A stretch of DNA of 64,000 nucleotides. Origin: a virus (taxonomy: Duplodnaviria > Caudoviricetes). Below the pieces are notes generated by a model. It was not told the DNA's origin and did no database searches. It saw nothing but the letters and a program-made list of their open reading frames with translations. The position numbers and the translations under genes are program-made. The stretch is from positions 1 to 64,000 of IMG/VR virus record IMGVR_UViG_3300028483_000002. One strand, 5' to 3'. Below, one piece after another: positions 39,710 through 48,904 of this stretch (positions are counted from its first letter, which is position 1; each line of letters starts with the position of its first letter).

Positions 39710-39800
39710 TAAAAAAAAACAGCCACTTATTCCAAAAAAAATAGAATAAAATGGCTGCTTGTTATAAACACACCTAATATTTAATTCATTTTATAACATT
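39710..39800 (-). promoter_or_regulatory. Late leader L6
   Basis: Extended -10 TGTTATAAA; GGTGTGTTTATAACAAGCAGCCATTTTATTC..GAATAAGTGGCTG-T9 before portal. Confidence 0.75.
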
Positions 39801-39819
39801 TTTTATTAAATGTATAGTT

Positions 39820-40380
39820 TCATTTTATTTCCTTAATTACGAATTGAGATCCATAATAATAACAACAGTCTATACATTTTGTTGTATTATAAGTTTCATT
39901 ATTATAATTATTACAAATTTTACAAGGGGAAGTGATGTTTGGAATTTCATTCATAAAATCTTGAACCTTGGATAAACAGAGAATTTTTTCCAATTCTTTT
40001 ATCCTATCAGAACACTTTGCAAGTTGTTGAATAAGATTAGTGTTTTCTAGGTCTTGTTCGGGAAATGTAGGTTGTATATTATTTGGGTTAGATAAGTTTT
40101 CAAAATGCTTGTTAATTCTTGCAAATACATCTTCTGCCGTTAAATATCCTAGAACTGTATCTCCAATTCCTTCCAATTCTTGTTCTGTTAATAATCCTTG
40201 TATTTCCAATTTATCTTTTTCTCTTCCGTAAGAGCAATCGTGTTCTATGACAGAACAAATAACATTATCTTTGCTTGGATAACAAATATGATAACCACCA
40301 TGAAATTCTGAAAAGTCAAAAGGGATTTGGTGTTGAGTTAACATTTCTTTTAATTTTAAAATTTCATTATATTTTTCCAT
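39820..40380 (-). CDS. Hypothetical phage protein
   Basis: 186 aa with RBS; SYG..KLEIQGLL..GYLTAEDV motif. Confidence 0.6.
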   Translation of the reverse strand: MEKYNEILKLKEMLTQHQIPFDFSEFHGGYHICYPSKDNVICSVIEHDCSYGREKDKLEIQGLLTEQELEGIGDTVLGYLTAEDVFARINKHFENLSNPNNIQPTFPEQDLENTNLIQQLAKCSDRIKELEKILCLSKVQDFMNEIPNITSPCKICNNYNNETYNTTKCIDCCYYYGSQFVIKEIK

Positions 40381-40696
40381 ACATTGCTCCTTTAATCTTC
40401 AAACATTTTTAGCCAGCCCATTATTCCTAAAAATAGAATACATAATGGAGCTGTAATAATCAATAAGATTGTCATTCCAATTTTGAACAAGTTATTTGTA
40501 TTTTTCATTCCGTATCCCTATCTTATTAGTACAGTGAGGTGCGGCAAAATATAATACACTCATTTCTATTCACTCCTTTTCTTCCATTCCTTTTTAAAGA
40601 TACCTTTTGTGCAACTGCAAGCAACAAGCCCTTTTACATCTTTCTCCTTACATTTTCTGCAAGGTGAAAGATACCATAAGATTTTCTGAATTATTT

Positions 40697-41080
40697 TCAT
40701 TCAATCTCCTTTGGAAGTTCTGGAAGTTTTTCTGAGTATTTCCAAGCATAAATCTTCCCAAAAATATCTACCTTTTTCCAGCCAACAGGTTTTCTAGCAT
40801 CCCAATAAATGAAATTAGTTCCATCAAAACAACAGTCCTTTTCACAAGGATTTTGGTAAGCATTGATGTAAGCAACTGTAACATCTGCTCTACCGAACTC
40901 TGTATTCGGTAAATCTCCATCTTTCACAAAATGCCATTCATTAGCCTTGTTATAACCGAACTCTGCACCTTTCTGAAAGGCTTTTTTAACATTGTTATAA
41001 TCAGTAATGTATGCATATTCATCACTGCCATATACCTTTTTATTTTCTTCTGCGTATTCTTCTGCTTCTTTCTCAAACAT
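40697..41080 (-). CDS. Small accessory protein (DUF551-like C-terminus)
   Basis: MFEKEAEEYA..NEWHFVKDGDLP. Confidence 0.6.
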   Translation of the reverse strand: MFEKEAEEYAEENKKVYGSDEYAYITDYNNVKKAFQKGAEFGYNKANEWHFVKDGDLPNTEFGRADVTVAYINAYQNPCEKDCCFDGTNFIYWDARKPVGWKKVDIFGKIYAWKYSEKLPELPKEIE

Positions 41081-41082
41081 AG

Positions 41083-41433
41083 TTACTCCTTAAACGGTTC
41101 AATATAACACCAATACTCAACTTCATTATCATCTACCCAATCACCGTCTAACTGTTCAAATTGAGTAAGGATATGTCCATATCCAATTTCATCTTCTGTA
41201 GGATAATAGGCAAAAGTTTTACAAATATATTCTTCTCTATATTTAGTTCTTACTCTTACGAGCCTATCTAATTTAGGATAGTCTTTTTTCCAATCAAGTT
41301 TGTGCCACTTAGATTTGCCTGCTTTAAGTCCAGCAAGATAAGCTTGTTTTAATGCTTTGTAGTTAGTTTGTCCTTCTTCGTAATGTTTCCAATTTTCAAT
41401 TGCATATTTTTCTGCCATTTCTTCATCTGTCAT
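41083..41433 (-). CDS. Small accessory protein
   Basis: MTDEEMAEKYA..AYLAGL..KWH..YP. Confidence 0.6.
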   Translation of the reverse strand: MTDEEMAEKYAIENWKHYEEGQTNYKALKQAYLAGLKAGKSKWHKLDWKKDYPKLDRLVRVRTKYREEYICKTFAYYPTEDEIGYGHILTQFEQLDGDWVDDNEVEYWCYIEPFKE

Positions 41434-41444
41434 ATCTATCCTCC

Positions 41445-41603
41445 TTATAATCCTGTACTCTCTGTCTTACAACCACACTTAACACAAATCCAGTAAAAAC
41501 CTCCGCCACAATACTTACATTGTAACATCGGAATATTACAAGTAGGGCAAAGTGTTGTGGTAGTAACTTTGTTTATATAAGTTTTCTTGTCTTTCTCAAA
41601 CAT
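41445..41603 (-). CDS. 52 aa zinc-ribbon protein (not in ORF track)
   Basis: GGAG RBS; MFEKDKK..CPTC..CKYC..CVKCGC. Confidence 0.6.
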   Translation of the reverse strand: MFEKDKKTYINKVTTTTLCPTCNIPMLQCKYCGGGFYWICVKCGCKTESTGL

Positions 41604-41605
41604 AG

Positions 41606-42067
41606 TTACTCCTTTAAAAATTGCTCTGCTTCTTCACAAAGTTCATTCCACATTTTTGTATGTACTTCGGGATTTTCGGGGTCATATTCAACTTCATTAT
41701 TTACAAACTCCAGAAATCTTTTAACAATACCTTTTAATTTGGTGAGTTGGTTATAGAACTTCTGCTCCATTTTGGAGTAGTTATCAACCATAACCTTGTT
41801 ATCGTCTTTCAGTTCTGCTAACTCCCACTTATCTTTGTATTTATTGTCGTTTATTGGTGTTGGACCGAAATGAATACAATTATCACAAATGCAGTAAAAG
41901 TTTTCTACATTTTTACAATTTTGACAACATCGCATCTTTTTATTTATTAACTTCAATTGCTCGATTTCTTCTTCAAGTTCAACTATATATTCAAGTGCAA
42001 TTGTGCCAATTGCCTCGCCAATGTTGGAAAGTCTATTTTTAATTACTTCTGGTGTATATTTTGTCAT
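41606..42067 (-). CDS. Small accessory protein
   Basis: 153 aa; CCQNC motif, ends AEQFLKE. Confidence 0.6.
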   Translation of the reverse strand: MTKYTPEVIKNRLSNIGEAIGTIALEYIVELEEEIEQLKLINKKMRCCQNCKNVENFYCICDNCIHFGPTPINDNKYKDKWELAELKDDNKVMVDNYSKMEQKFYNQLTKLKGIVKRFLEFVNNEVEYDPENPEVHTKMWNELCEEAEQFLKE

Positions 42068-42387
42068 TCTTTCACCTCGTTATTTAAGAATTGCTCTGCT
42101 TTATTTACAGCATCTTGAAAAGAAAACATTTTCTTCTGTTGTAACTCGATATTAGTGCCAGAATAAGTATCTGGTGCATTAGCAATCAATTTCTGCATAA
42201 TTTCTTTTGCTTCGATGAGATTTTCGTTTAAGTCTATTAAATCTTTTTCATACTGTTCATTTTGTGCAAGAAAAGTATTTCGTTCATTTCTTAAAGAAAA
42301 CTGTTGTTTTTTCAGTTCTGCGTTTTCTTTTGTACATTCATCAAGATTTTCGCCGAACTCCATAGCAGCTTCTATCCAAGCACACAA
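42064..42387 (-). CDS. Small coiled-coil accessory protein
   Basis: 107 aa, ends AEQFLNNEVKE. Confidence 0.55.
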   Translation of the reverse strand: MCAWIEAAMEFGENLDECTKENAELKKQQFSLRNERNTFLAQNEQYEKDLIDLNENLIEAKEIMQKLIANAPDTYSGTNIELQQKKMFSFQDAVNKAEQFLNNEVKE

Positions 42388-42644
42388 CTGCTTAACTTTT
42401 CATTCATAATAATGCTATCTTTTAATGCTCGAACAAAGCTCGTATCTTTTAGTTTTAGCATGTATTCATTTTCTAGTTCTTTTGCACCTGCAATATAGCC
42501 TTCTTCCAAACCATTAATATAGCCTTCGTTATAACCTTTATCATACTCTAAGTCAGAAGTATCATCATAAACTCCTAATATACAATGTTTTTCTTGTTCT
42601 TCAGCATAGTTTTCTGCTTTCTTTTCTAATTCTTTATCTATCAT
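42372..42644 (-). CDS. Small accessory protein
   Basis: MIDKELEKKAENYA..GYIAGA. Confidence 0.55.
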   Translation of the reverse strand: MIDKELEKKAENYAEEQEKHCILGVYDDTSDLEYDKGYNEGYINGLEEGYIAGAKELENEYMLKLKDTSFVRALKDSIIMNEKLSSCVLG

Positions 42645-42918
42645 TTATAACCTCGTCATAAGTTTTGTTTACAATTACTGTTAAACAAAGTTTTTGAGTA
42701 ACTCCATCAACTTTATCCCAATTTTCAATTACTTCTGTTATAACCAAATCATTCCACCCTTTTGGAAAAGATGATATGGAATACAGAAGCATTGGGAATT
42801 CTTTACCATCTGAACTCTTTACAGCACAATCTGGTCTGTTGTCTTGGAACATTTCTTCTAAAATATCAGAAGCATCTTTTAGTGTTCGGTTAATTAAATT
42901 TTCATATTTTCTTAACAT
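42634..42918 (-). CDS. Hypothetical protein
   Basis: 94 aa, coupled to neighbours. Confidence 0.5.
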   Translation of the reverse strand: MLRKYENLINRTLKDASDILEEMFQDNRPDCAVKSSDGKEFPMLLYSISSFPKGWNDLVITEVIENWDKVDGVTQKLCLTVIVNKTYDEVINDR

Positions 42919-43145
42919 TCTTCACCTCTTTGTTTTCTTATTCTTTTAACCCTTTCGTGTCCTTTCCAATTAGAATCAAGTTTATTTAAATGTAATTTAA
43001 CAAATTCTAATACATTGTTTACTTCGCACATTCTTAGTTTGTTCATGTCTTCTTTTAAAACTTTTTTTGCCTTATCAATCTCTCGGTATGTTTCTTTAAG
43101 TTTTCTTTGGTCTTTGTTTATTTCTTCTAAAATATTATGTTTCAT
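42912..43145 (-). CDS. Hypothetical protein
   Basis: 77 aa with RBS. Confidence 0.5.
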   Translation of the reverse strand: MKHNILEEINKDQRKLKETYREIDKAKKVLKEDMNKLRMCEVNNVLEFVKLHLNKLDSNWKGHERVKRIRKQRGEEC

Positions 43146-43321
43146 TCTTCCACCTCCTCAAACTTTTCAAGAAACTCTTTCTTTTCTCTTATGAATAATT
43201 TTTTACCATCATTGTAAAGAATACAAATCGTTCCATCTCTTTCATTTGTACAATCTATTACTTCACTAATAACTATATAGATTTTTCCGTTCTTTTTATT
43301 TCTGTATTTATTATTTTTCAT
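43142..43321 (-). CDS. DUF1653-like small protein (not in ORF track)
   Basis: MKNNKYRNKKNGKIYIVI..DCTNERDG..LFIREKKEFLEKF, 59 aa. Confidence 0.6.
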   Translation of the reverse strand: MKNNKYRNKKNGKIYIVISEVIDCTNERDGTICILYNDGKKLFIREKKEFLEKFEEVEE

Positions 43322-43393
43322 TCTTCTATCTCAAATTCTCTTAAAGTTTTGTATAGAATATCTAAATCACCACGACACCAACCCAATAAATAT

Positions 43394-43729
43394 TCAAACA
43401 TTCTTCTTTACCTCACCAAAAGTATTTTTAATCTTCATTAAGACTGCTCCAACTTGTGATAGTTCTGAAATGCAATATTCAAGGTATTCTTCAATGACTA
43501 TATCAATATCTTTTGGATTTATTTTTGTATCTTGTTTAATCCATTTCCAAAAATCTTCTAAAGAATATTTTATTCTTGTCATATCTTCGCTTGCTTCTTC
43601 CACTTCTTCCAAAAGAACAGCATAACCCTCGTGAAGTGAGTGGTATTTTTCTCCAAACTTTTCGCAAGCATTCTTATATTCTGTTTGGATAAGTTCATTT
43701 ACTAACTTTTCTGTTTCTGGTGCAAACAT
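43394..43729 (-). CDS. MazG-like nucleotide pyrophosphohydrolase
   Basis: HEGYAVLLEEVEEA..ELSQVGAV. Confidence 0.65.
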   Translation of the reverse strand: MFAPETEKLVNELIQTEYKNACEKFGEKYHSLHEGYAVLLEEVEEASEDMTRIKYSLEDFWKWIKQDTKINPKDIDIVIEEYLEYCISELSQVGAVLMKIKNTFGEVKKNV

Positions 43730-43734
43730 TTTCC

Positions 43735-44637
43735 TTACTCCTTATTTTCTTTTTCTATTTCTGCTTCTGCGTCGATTCCAGAAATTTCTTTGAATATTTC
43801 GTTATCCCAATTTGGCAAGCCAAGAAGTTTTTTATGTTCTTCTGTGTTTGCTTTATCCCAAGCAAGTTTAAACGCTTCTTTGTATTCAAGAGTTTTTAGA
43901 AAGCCACCACAAATTTCTATCTCTTGTTTGTGCTCTTTTTTTTCTTCATCAGTAGCAGTGTCGTGAGATACCCAAACAGTTAAGTCAAAGTAAAGAAATG
44001 ATGGGAAATTAATATCATTTCTTTCAATAGCAGTTTCTTTATTGAACATTCTAAGTAATGGTGTGCTGGTATTGAAAAAACCACTATTCCAATCGCCACT
44101 ATTCCAATTGCCACTATTATAACTTCCACTGTTATAACTTCCAGTATTGTAAAAACCACTATTCCAATCGCCACTATTCCAATTGCCACTATTACGATCG
44201 CCACTATTACAATTGCCACTATTACGATCGCCACTATTCCAATTGCCACTATTATAACTTCCACTGTTATAACTTCCAGTATTGTAAAAACCACTATTCC
44301 AATCGCCACTATTCCAATCGCCACTATTACAATTGCCACTATTAATCAGTTCTTTTTTTTCATCTCCTGTAATCTCACGGAGGATTGTAATTGAATTCGT
44401 TCCGTACTTGTCGCCCTGTTTTATATATTCACCTGCGATAATTTCGCAAATTCTCGATTCTGAAAGTTTGTAATTACTTTCTTTTTTTATAGCAAGAAGT
44501 TCTCGACAAAAATGAAATACTTTGTCAGTACAACATTCTAAATCTTCTTTTTTAGTGTCTTTTGTATAAGTTTTTCCCACTTCAAACTGGAATCCTCGAC
44601 AACATAAATTTTGGTCAAATGCTTTATACCCTATCAT
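43735..44637 (-). CDS. Pentapeptide (NSGxx) repeat protein
   Basis: GYKAF..CRGFQFEVG N-terminus, NSGDW/NSGNC/NTGSY repeats, C-terminal LPNWDNEIFKEISGI. Confidence 0.85.
   Translation of the reverse strand: MIGYKAFDQNLCCRGFQFEVGKTYTKDTKKEDLECCTDKVFHFCRELLAIKKESNYKLSESRICEIIAGEYIKQGDKYGTNSITILREITGDEKKELINSGNCNSGDWNSGDWNSGFYNTGSYNSGSYNSGNWNSGDRNSGNCNSGDRNSGNWNSGDWNSGFYNTGSYNSGSYNSGNWNSGDWNSGFFNTSTPLLRMFNKETAIERNDINFPSFLYFDLTVWVSHDTATDEEKKEHKQEIEICGGFLKTLEYKEAFKLAWDKANTEEHKKLLGLPNWDNEIFKEISGIDAEAEIEKENKE
44081..44343. repeat. 15-bp coding tandem repeat with a 120-bp higher-order duplication
   Basis: CCACTATTCCAATCG-type units; block NSGDWNSGFYNTGSYNSGSYNSGNWNSGD occurs twice. Confidence 0.9.
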
Positions 44638-44988
44638 AAATTTCCCCTGTCAATTTATAAAATTCTTCCATATCCACAAAGTCTACAATTTCATCACATT
44701 TTCGCCGATTGTATAATTCTTTCTGGACCCGGCAGTAAAACTATCCTTCACTAATTTTTCTGTTTGTTCACTAAAGGCCATAATATCCCCCATAAAAAAT
44801 ACGGTTTGATATTTCGCACGTTTGTAGTCGATTTATCCATTGCAGAACTACCTCTGTGTTATCCCCACCACCGTAAGGTCAAAACTAAAAAGGTTAATAG
44901 AAATAAAAAAAATATTTTATGCACAACTTTTTTTTCGGAAGTTGCTACCGAGATTTATTTTAAATAGTCAACGACTATTTTTTTTAAC

Positions 44989-45160
44989 AAAAAAAGCTAA
45001 CCACATTTCTTCTCCCAAAAGGAGGTTGCGTAAGAAATATGATTAGCAAAAATTTTTCAACTTAAAAAATCACGCAACACAATTTCTTAAACTGAAACAA
45101 AAAAAATAATTTACATTTGTAAACTTAACTTATAATAAATCACAGGTGTTATTTTGTCAA
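44989..45160 (-). promoter_or_regulatory. Kissing-loop leader K1 (promoter, hairpin, terminator)
   Basis: TTGACA-17-TATTAT; hairpin loop GTTGCGT; terminator bulge ACGCAAC; T7. Confidence 0.7.
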
Positions 45161-45182
45161 GATTAATTTTAACATTTGTAAA

Positions 45183-46814
45183 CTAATAACCAAACATTTT
45201 ATTCAATTGTCTTAAACTTTTCCCTTTTGGAATGATAATTCCAGATTCCGTTTGAACTGTTCCGCCATGATCTCTAGCATAATCAGAATTATTTTGATTA
45301 ATCTTTTCTTGCATTTTTCGTTCTGCACGTTGAGACCAATAATTAATCGTTTGTGTATTCCCACACGCAATATTAGACAAGGCAAAACTCCAAAATGTAT
45401 CTGCATGCCCGTTTTCATCTCGGTCTGCATCATACCTAAAATTATTTCCACTAGTTGCAATTCTTCTGATACTGTGTATTTGATGATGCAAGTTTTTATC
45501 ATTTGGCAAAATGAACTCTCTGTGTTGTAACCCTATTTTTATTCCCTGTGCCATTTCCTCTTTCGCTTGGGCTGTAAAATATATTCCTTCAACTTTTGCT
45601 TTTCCAATATCTTTTTCAAGTCTTTCAAGTATCGGCAACCCCATTCCCGTACAGTCAATACACATTCTTCTAATAGGCAATGCCTGATTCAATCTTTTTA
45701 TTGCTGCAATCTGATATTCAAAATCTTTACCCCTTAATTCTTCATACCCAAAAACTTTCTTTTTACCATTTGGCAAAAGCCCCAAAACAAAAATACTTGC
45801 CGCATCTCTTTTTTTCGCAATATCATATCCCAAGTACAAAACTCCATGTTTTTCCGGATTGTATTCTGTAGTACACATATCATCTACAGTCTTGCAAATT
45901 TGTAATTCTTTACCAAAAAAACTATCTGCTTCACCAAATTCTAAATCTTTTTCTAAATCTTCATTAGAATAATCTTCATTCATTCCAGGAGTACAAGAAT
46001 AAATTTCCTCCAAAGTGATATAACTTTCGGCGCTATCAATAAACAGACATTCACACTCTTGCTGAAAATCCTCCAAAACATCGTTCCTAAAAATCTCTTT
46101 TAATGTTTCTGTTGCAAACTTCTCAACTCTTTCCTCTGTATTCATATTAGGTGCTTCACGAACAGCTGTTCCTACATCGATACATAATGCAGTCGAAAAC
46201 CACCAAGGTACATTAAATCTTTGATATGCAGGATATTTTTTTTTGTCAGTACATATCTCATAAAATCTCCCAATACATCCTAATGGTGTTGAGCCTACTT
46301 CAATCGTTCCTCCGCGTGAAATAACATATAAAGCGGCAGTGTATACTAATTTAGACATGTTAGGAAGAAATATACCGTATTCATCAAGAGAAATGTCCCC
46401 ACCTTTTCCACGAGGTGGTCTACAAGGCATAGAAATTAAACGAGATGTAGTTTTCCCATTTGCGTCCAATAATTCAATTTCTGATTTATTCTCTGTTCTA
46501 ATTCTTTTTTTTGCAAAATTTGGAATTGAATCATAAAACTCCCGTATATACCTAATTTTTTCTTGTGCGTCAGATTCATTATAAGATACAAATTGTTTTA
46601 CATATTTTTGGCGGCCAGGATCTAAAGCCTTAGACAACCCTTTTAATCCTGTCGCAAAAGAAAATCCAGTACGTCTGGATTTGAGAATTGAAATAAATTG
46701 TTTTGTTGATAAGATAAAATCTTCTTGCCAAGGATCAAGAATTAATTGTTTATCATCGAATTTACAGTAAGCGTAGAGATAATCTAATCTTTGTTCTGGT
46801 GTTAATTTATCCAC
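45183..46814 (-). CDS. terL: Terminase large subunit
   Basis: ILKSRRTGFS Walker A (Mu gp28-like), ISLDE, VGSTPLG, LGYDIAKKRD, HADTFWS; GTG start. Confidence 0.93.
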   Translation of the reverse strand: MDKLTPEQRLDYLYAYCKFDDKQLILDPWQEDFILSTKQFISILKSRRTGFSFATGLKGLSKALDPGRQKYVKQFVSYNESDAQEKIRYIREFYDSIPNFAKKRIRTENKSEIELLDANGKTTSRLISMPCRPPRGKGGDISLDEYGIFLPNMSKLVYTAALYVISRGGTIEVGSTPLGCIGRFYEICTDKKKYPAYQRFNVPWWFSTALCIDVGTAVREAPNMNTEERVEKFATETLKEIFRNDVLEDFQQECECLFIDSAESYITLEEIYSCTPGMNEDYSNEDLEKDLEFGEADSFFGKELQICKTVDDMCTTEYNPEKHGVLYLGYDIAKKRDAASIFVLGLLPNGKKKVFGYEELRGKDFEYQIAAIKRLNQALPIRRMCIDCTGMGLPILERLEKDIGKAKVEGIYFTAQAKEEMAQGIKIGLQHREFILPNDKNLHHQIHSIRRIATSGNNFRYDADRDENGHADTFWSFALSNIACGNTQTINYWSQRAERKMQEKINQNNSDYARDHGGTVQTESGIIIPKGKSLRQLNKMFGY

Positions 46815-46933
46815 GAAAAACCCCTTGTTTTGTAAAAAATGATAAAATAGGATAATTTTTGTGGGATATTTTTATAAATTTTTTAATAAAAAAACAATTT
46901 AAAAATTAAAAACCATGAAGATTTTAATACAAA

Positions 46934-47641
46934 TTAATCATAATCAGGCTGATTCTCGTTAGTTTCGATGTATTCACCAGCAGCTTCTCTAATTTCTTGA
47001 TTTCTAAGTTTAATTGTTGTTTTAACTGATGCGAAGTTTTCTTTGATTACATCAAGAGTAGTTTCAACATCATACTCGTTGTTTGATTTAGTACCATTCA
47101 ATTGTTCATTGAGTTTGAACAGTTCTTGTGTTTCTTTTTCTCTGTTAGGTAGTTTGTATGTTGGTATGCCCGAATTATTAATCTCAACGTTATCAATGAT
47201 ACTCGCTTGTTCTTCACTCATATTTTTTAGAGGTCTAATAACAGTGATATTTCGTACAGCCCCAGATTCTGTTTGTATTTGTTCATTTTCGTAGTAATCC
47301 TTAATGTTGTATGTGGCCCTAGAAATTTTTTGAGAAATTAATTTATCAACAGCATCTTTTACGGAAACCTTAATTTGTTCATCTGTAAATTTTTTAATAA
47401 GATTTGCAACAGTAGGGCATTCACGAATTAATTTGTGTTTGGCAACGTAAGAAGTTTTTGTAGAATACCCAGCTTTTTGAGCTGCAACTGTAGGATTTTT
47501 ATATCCATTTTGTCCTGGCGTTGTATACCAAATAATTAATAACTTTTGCCGTTTTAATAATTTTACATCGCCCCAGTCATAAGCATCTAAATCAATTATT
47601 GAGCCATCTGGTAATGTATCTGTATACTTTTCTCTCCCCAT
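46934..47641 (-). CDS. terS: Terminase small subunit
   Basis: NPTVAAQKAGYSTKTS HTH motif; directly upstream of terL. Confidence 0.85.
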   Translation of the reverse strand: MGREKYTDTLPDGSIIDLDAYDWGDVKLLKRQKLLIIWYTTPGQNGYKNPTVAAQKAGYSTKTSYVAKHKLIRECPTVANLIKKFTDEQIKVSVKDAVDKLISQKISRATYNIKDYYENEQIQTESGAVRNITVIRPLKNMSEEQASIIDNVEINNSGIPTYKLPNREKETQELFKLNEQLNGTKSNNEYDVETTLDVIKENFASVKTTIKLRNQEIREAAGEYIETNENQPDYD

Positions 47642-47647
47642 TTTTAA

Positions 47648-47902
47648 TTACTCCTCCAAAACAACAGCAATATCATTGTTGTCGCAAATATGAGTAGCAC
47701 CATCAATTGTTACTTCAACTAATTTATATTTGTCTACTAGGACAACATCCCCATTTTTTATGTCTTTTATTTCGCAAGGGCATTCAACCACTAAAGCCTT
47801 GATAAATCTTTCTTCTGATTCTTTAGTTAAAATAATTCCAGAACTTGTTTTATTTTCAATTTCAATTTTTTTAATTAATACTTTGTTGTTCAACATTTTC
47901 AT
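47648..47902 (-). CDS. groES: GroES/Cpn10-like co-chaperonin
   Basis: LNNKVLIKK..KTSSGIIL..GDVVLVDKY..VTIDG. Confidence 0.85.
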   Translation of the reverse strand: MKMLNNKVLIKKIEIENKTSSGIILTKESEERFIKALVVECPCEIKDIKNGDVVLVDKYKLVEVTIDGATHICDNNDIAVVLEE

Positions 47903-48062
47903 TATTTTCCCCTTTCATTTTACATTTATGTAAGACATAAACTTTAATTTCTCTGCCCGTATAAGTGTATGCTGTTTGTTCTTCTGCATCACAACATACA
48001 ACTTGATCTTTGGTGGTTGGAATATACCTAATTTCTTTTTGGCAAATCTGACATAACTGCAT
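47871..48062 (-). CDS. Small Cys-containing hypothetical protein
   Basis: 63 aa CQIC..CCD; coupled to neighbours. Confidence 0.5.
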   Translation of the reverse strand: MQLCQICQKEIRYIPTTKDQVVCCDAEEQTAYTYTGREIKVYVLHKCKMKGENNENVEQQSIN

Positions 48063-48366
48063 TTACTTTATTCCTCAAATCTTGTCCGTTACAAGAGTAA
48101 AACCAATCAAATTGGGTTATTTCCCCGTTACAAATGTCAAATTCAAAAGCCCCAAAATATGGGGAATATTCAGTTTTCAATTCTCCAATTTGGTTTTCAA
48201 TATCTTTTAAACTAACTGTCTGGTTAGAAGAATTACATTTTGAATTCATTGACAGAGCCACAACGTTTGATTTTTCCACACCAAAACGAACATGCCCCTG
48301 AAACCCCGAGCATAACAAATTAGATAATTCACAAATAATAAAATTAATCATCATTACACCACCCAT
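48028..48366 (-). CDS. Hypothetical protein with two DUF2292-like units
   Basis: GFQGHVRFGVEKSNVV and PYFGAFEFDICNGEITQF; preceded by TAGACT-17-TATAAT. Confidence 0.45.
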   Translation of the reverse strand: MGGVMMINFIICELSNLLCSGFQGHVRFGVEKSNVVALSMNSKCNSSNQTVSLKDIENQIGELKTEYSPYFGAFEFDICNGEITQFDWFYSCNGQDLRNKVNAVMSDLPKRN

Positions 48367-48404
48367 TTTAATTATATATCAAAAATTTAATTAAGTCTAG
48401 TTTA

Positions 48405-48845
48405 CTAAACTTCTTTGAAAATAATTTCTGAATATTTATACTTAAATAATTTTCTTTTCAAAATGTATGTGGGATTTTTTTTAGTAATTTTGCTCTTAAC
48501 ATCTTCTGCAATAGTTTTTCCGTCTTGTTCATAAACAAAATCTGCAATGTAGTAAACAGCCCTTTCATCTTTTGTTTTTGGTATGATCTCATATTTTTTT
48601 TGGCATTCTAAATTATGAATAAAGCCTTGTTCCTGTAATTTTTTTAATTCAAAAAACCTTTGTGCTTCTTTCTGTGAATCAAATGTGCCAAATTCTGTAA
48701 TTGTCTTTTTTGCATTATATTTATTTTTGCCCTTAAAATATTTGCAATCAGAACACTCATAAATTGTCGTTCTCAAAACTTCGCAATAAAACATGTTAGA
48801 ATGAATTGTGATAACTTTTGCATTTTTACATTTTGCACATTTCAT
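48405..48845 (-). CDS. DUF1064-family PD-(D/E)XK nuclease
   Basis: NKYNAKKT..FDSQKEA..YIADFVY..EDVKS. Confidence 0.85.
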   Translation of the reverse strand: MKCAKCKNAKVITIHSNMFYCEVLRTTIYECSDCKYFKGKNKYNAKKTITEFGTFDSQKEAQRFFELKKLQEQGFIHNLECQKKYEIIPKTKDERAVYYIADFVYEQDGKTIAEDVKSKITKKNPTYILKRKLFKYKYSEIIFKEV

Positions 48846-48904
48846 TTTTACCCCTCCAAAGAAATGACAGAGATTAAATAAATAACCCCTGCCATTTTTT
48901 ATTA

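Noticed and set aside
43980-44339. Hydrophobic VAIVI-repeat ORF suggesting a membrane protein
   Set aside because: Alternate-frame reading of the NSGxx pentapeptide repeat.
44790-44960. Possible riboswitch or tRNA in the GC-richer spacer (GGTGGTGGGGATAACACAGAGGTAGTTCTGC)
   Set aside because: No cloverleaf and no match to riboswitch consensus I know; only short hairpins. An Rfam scan would settle it.
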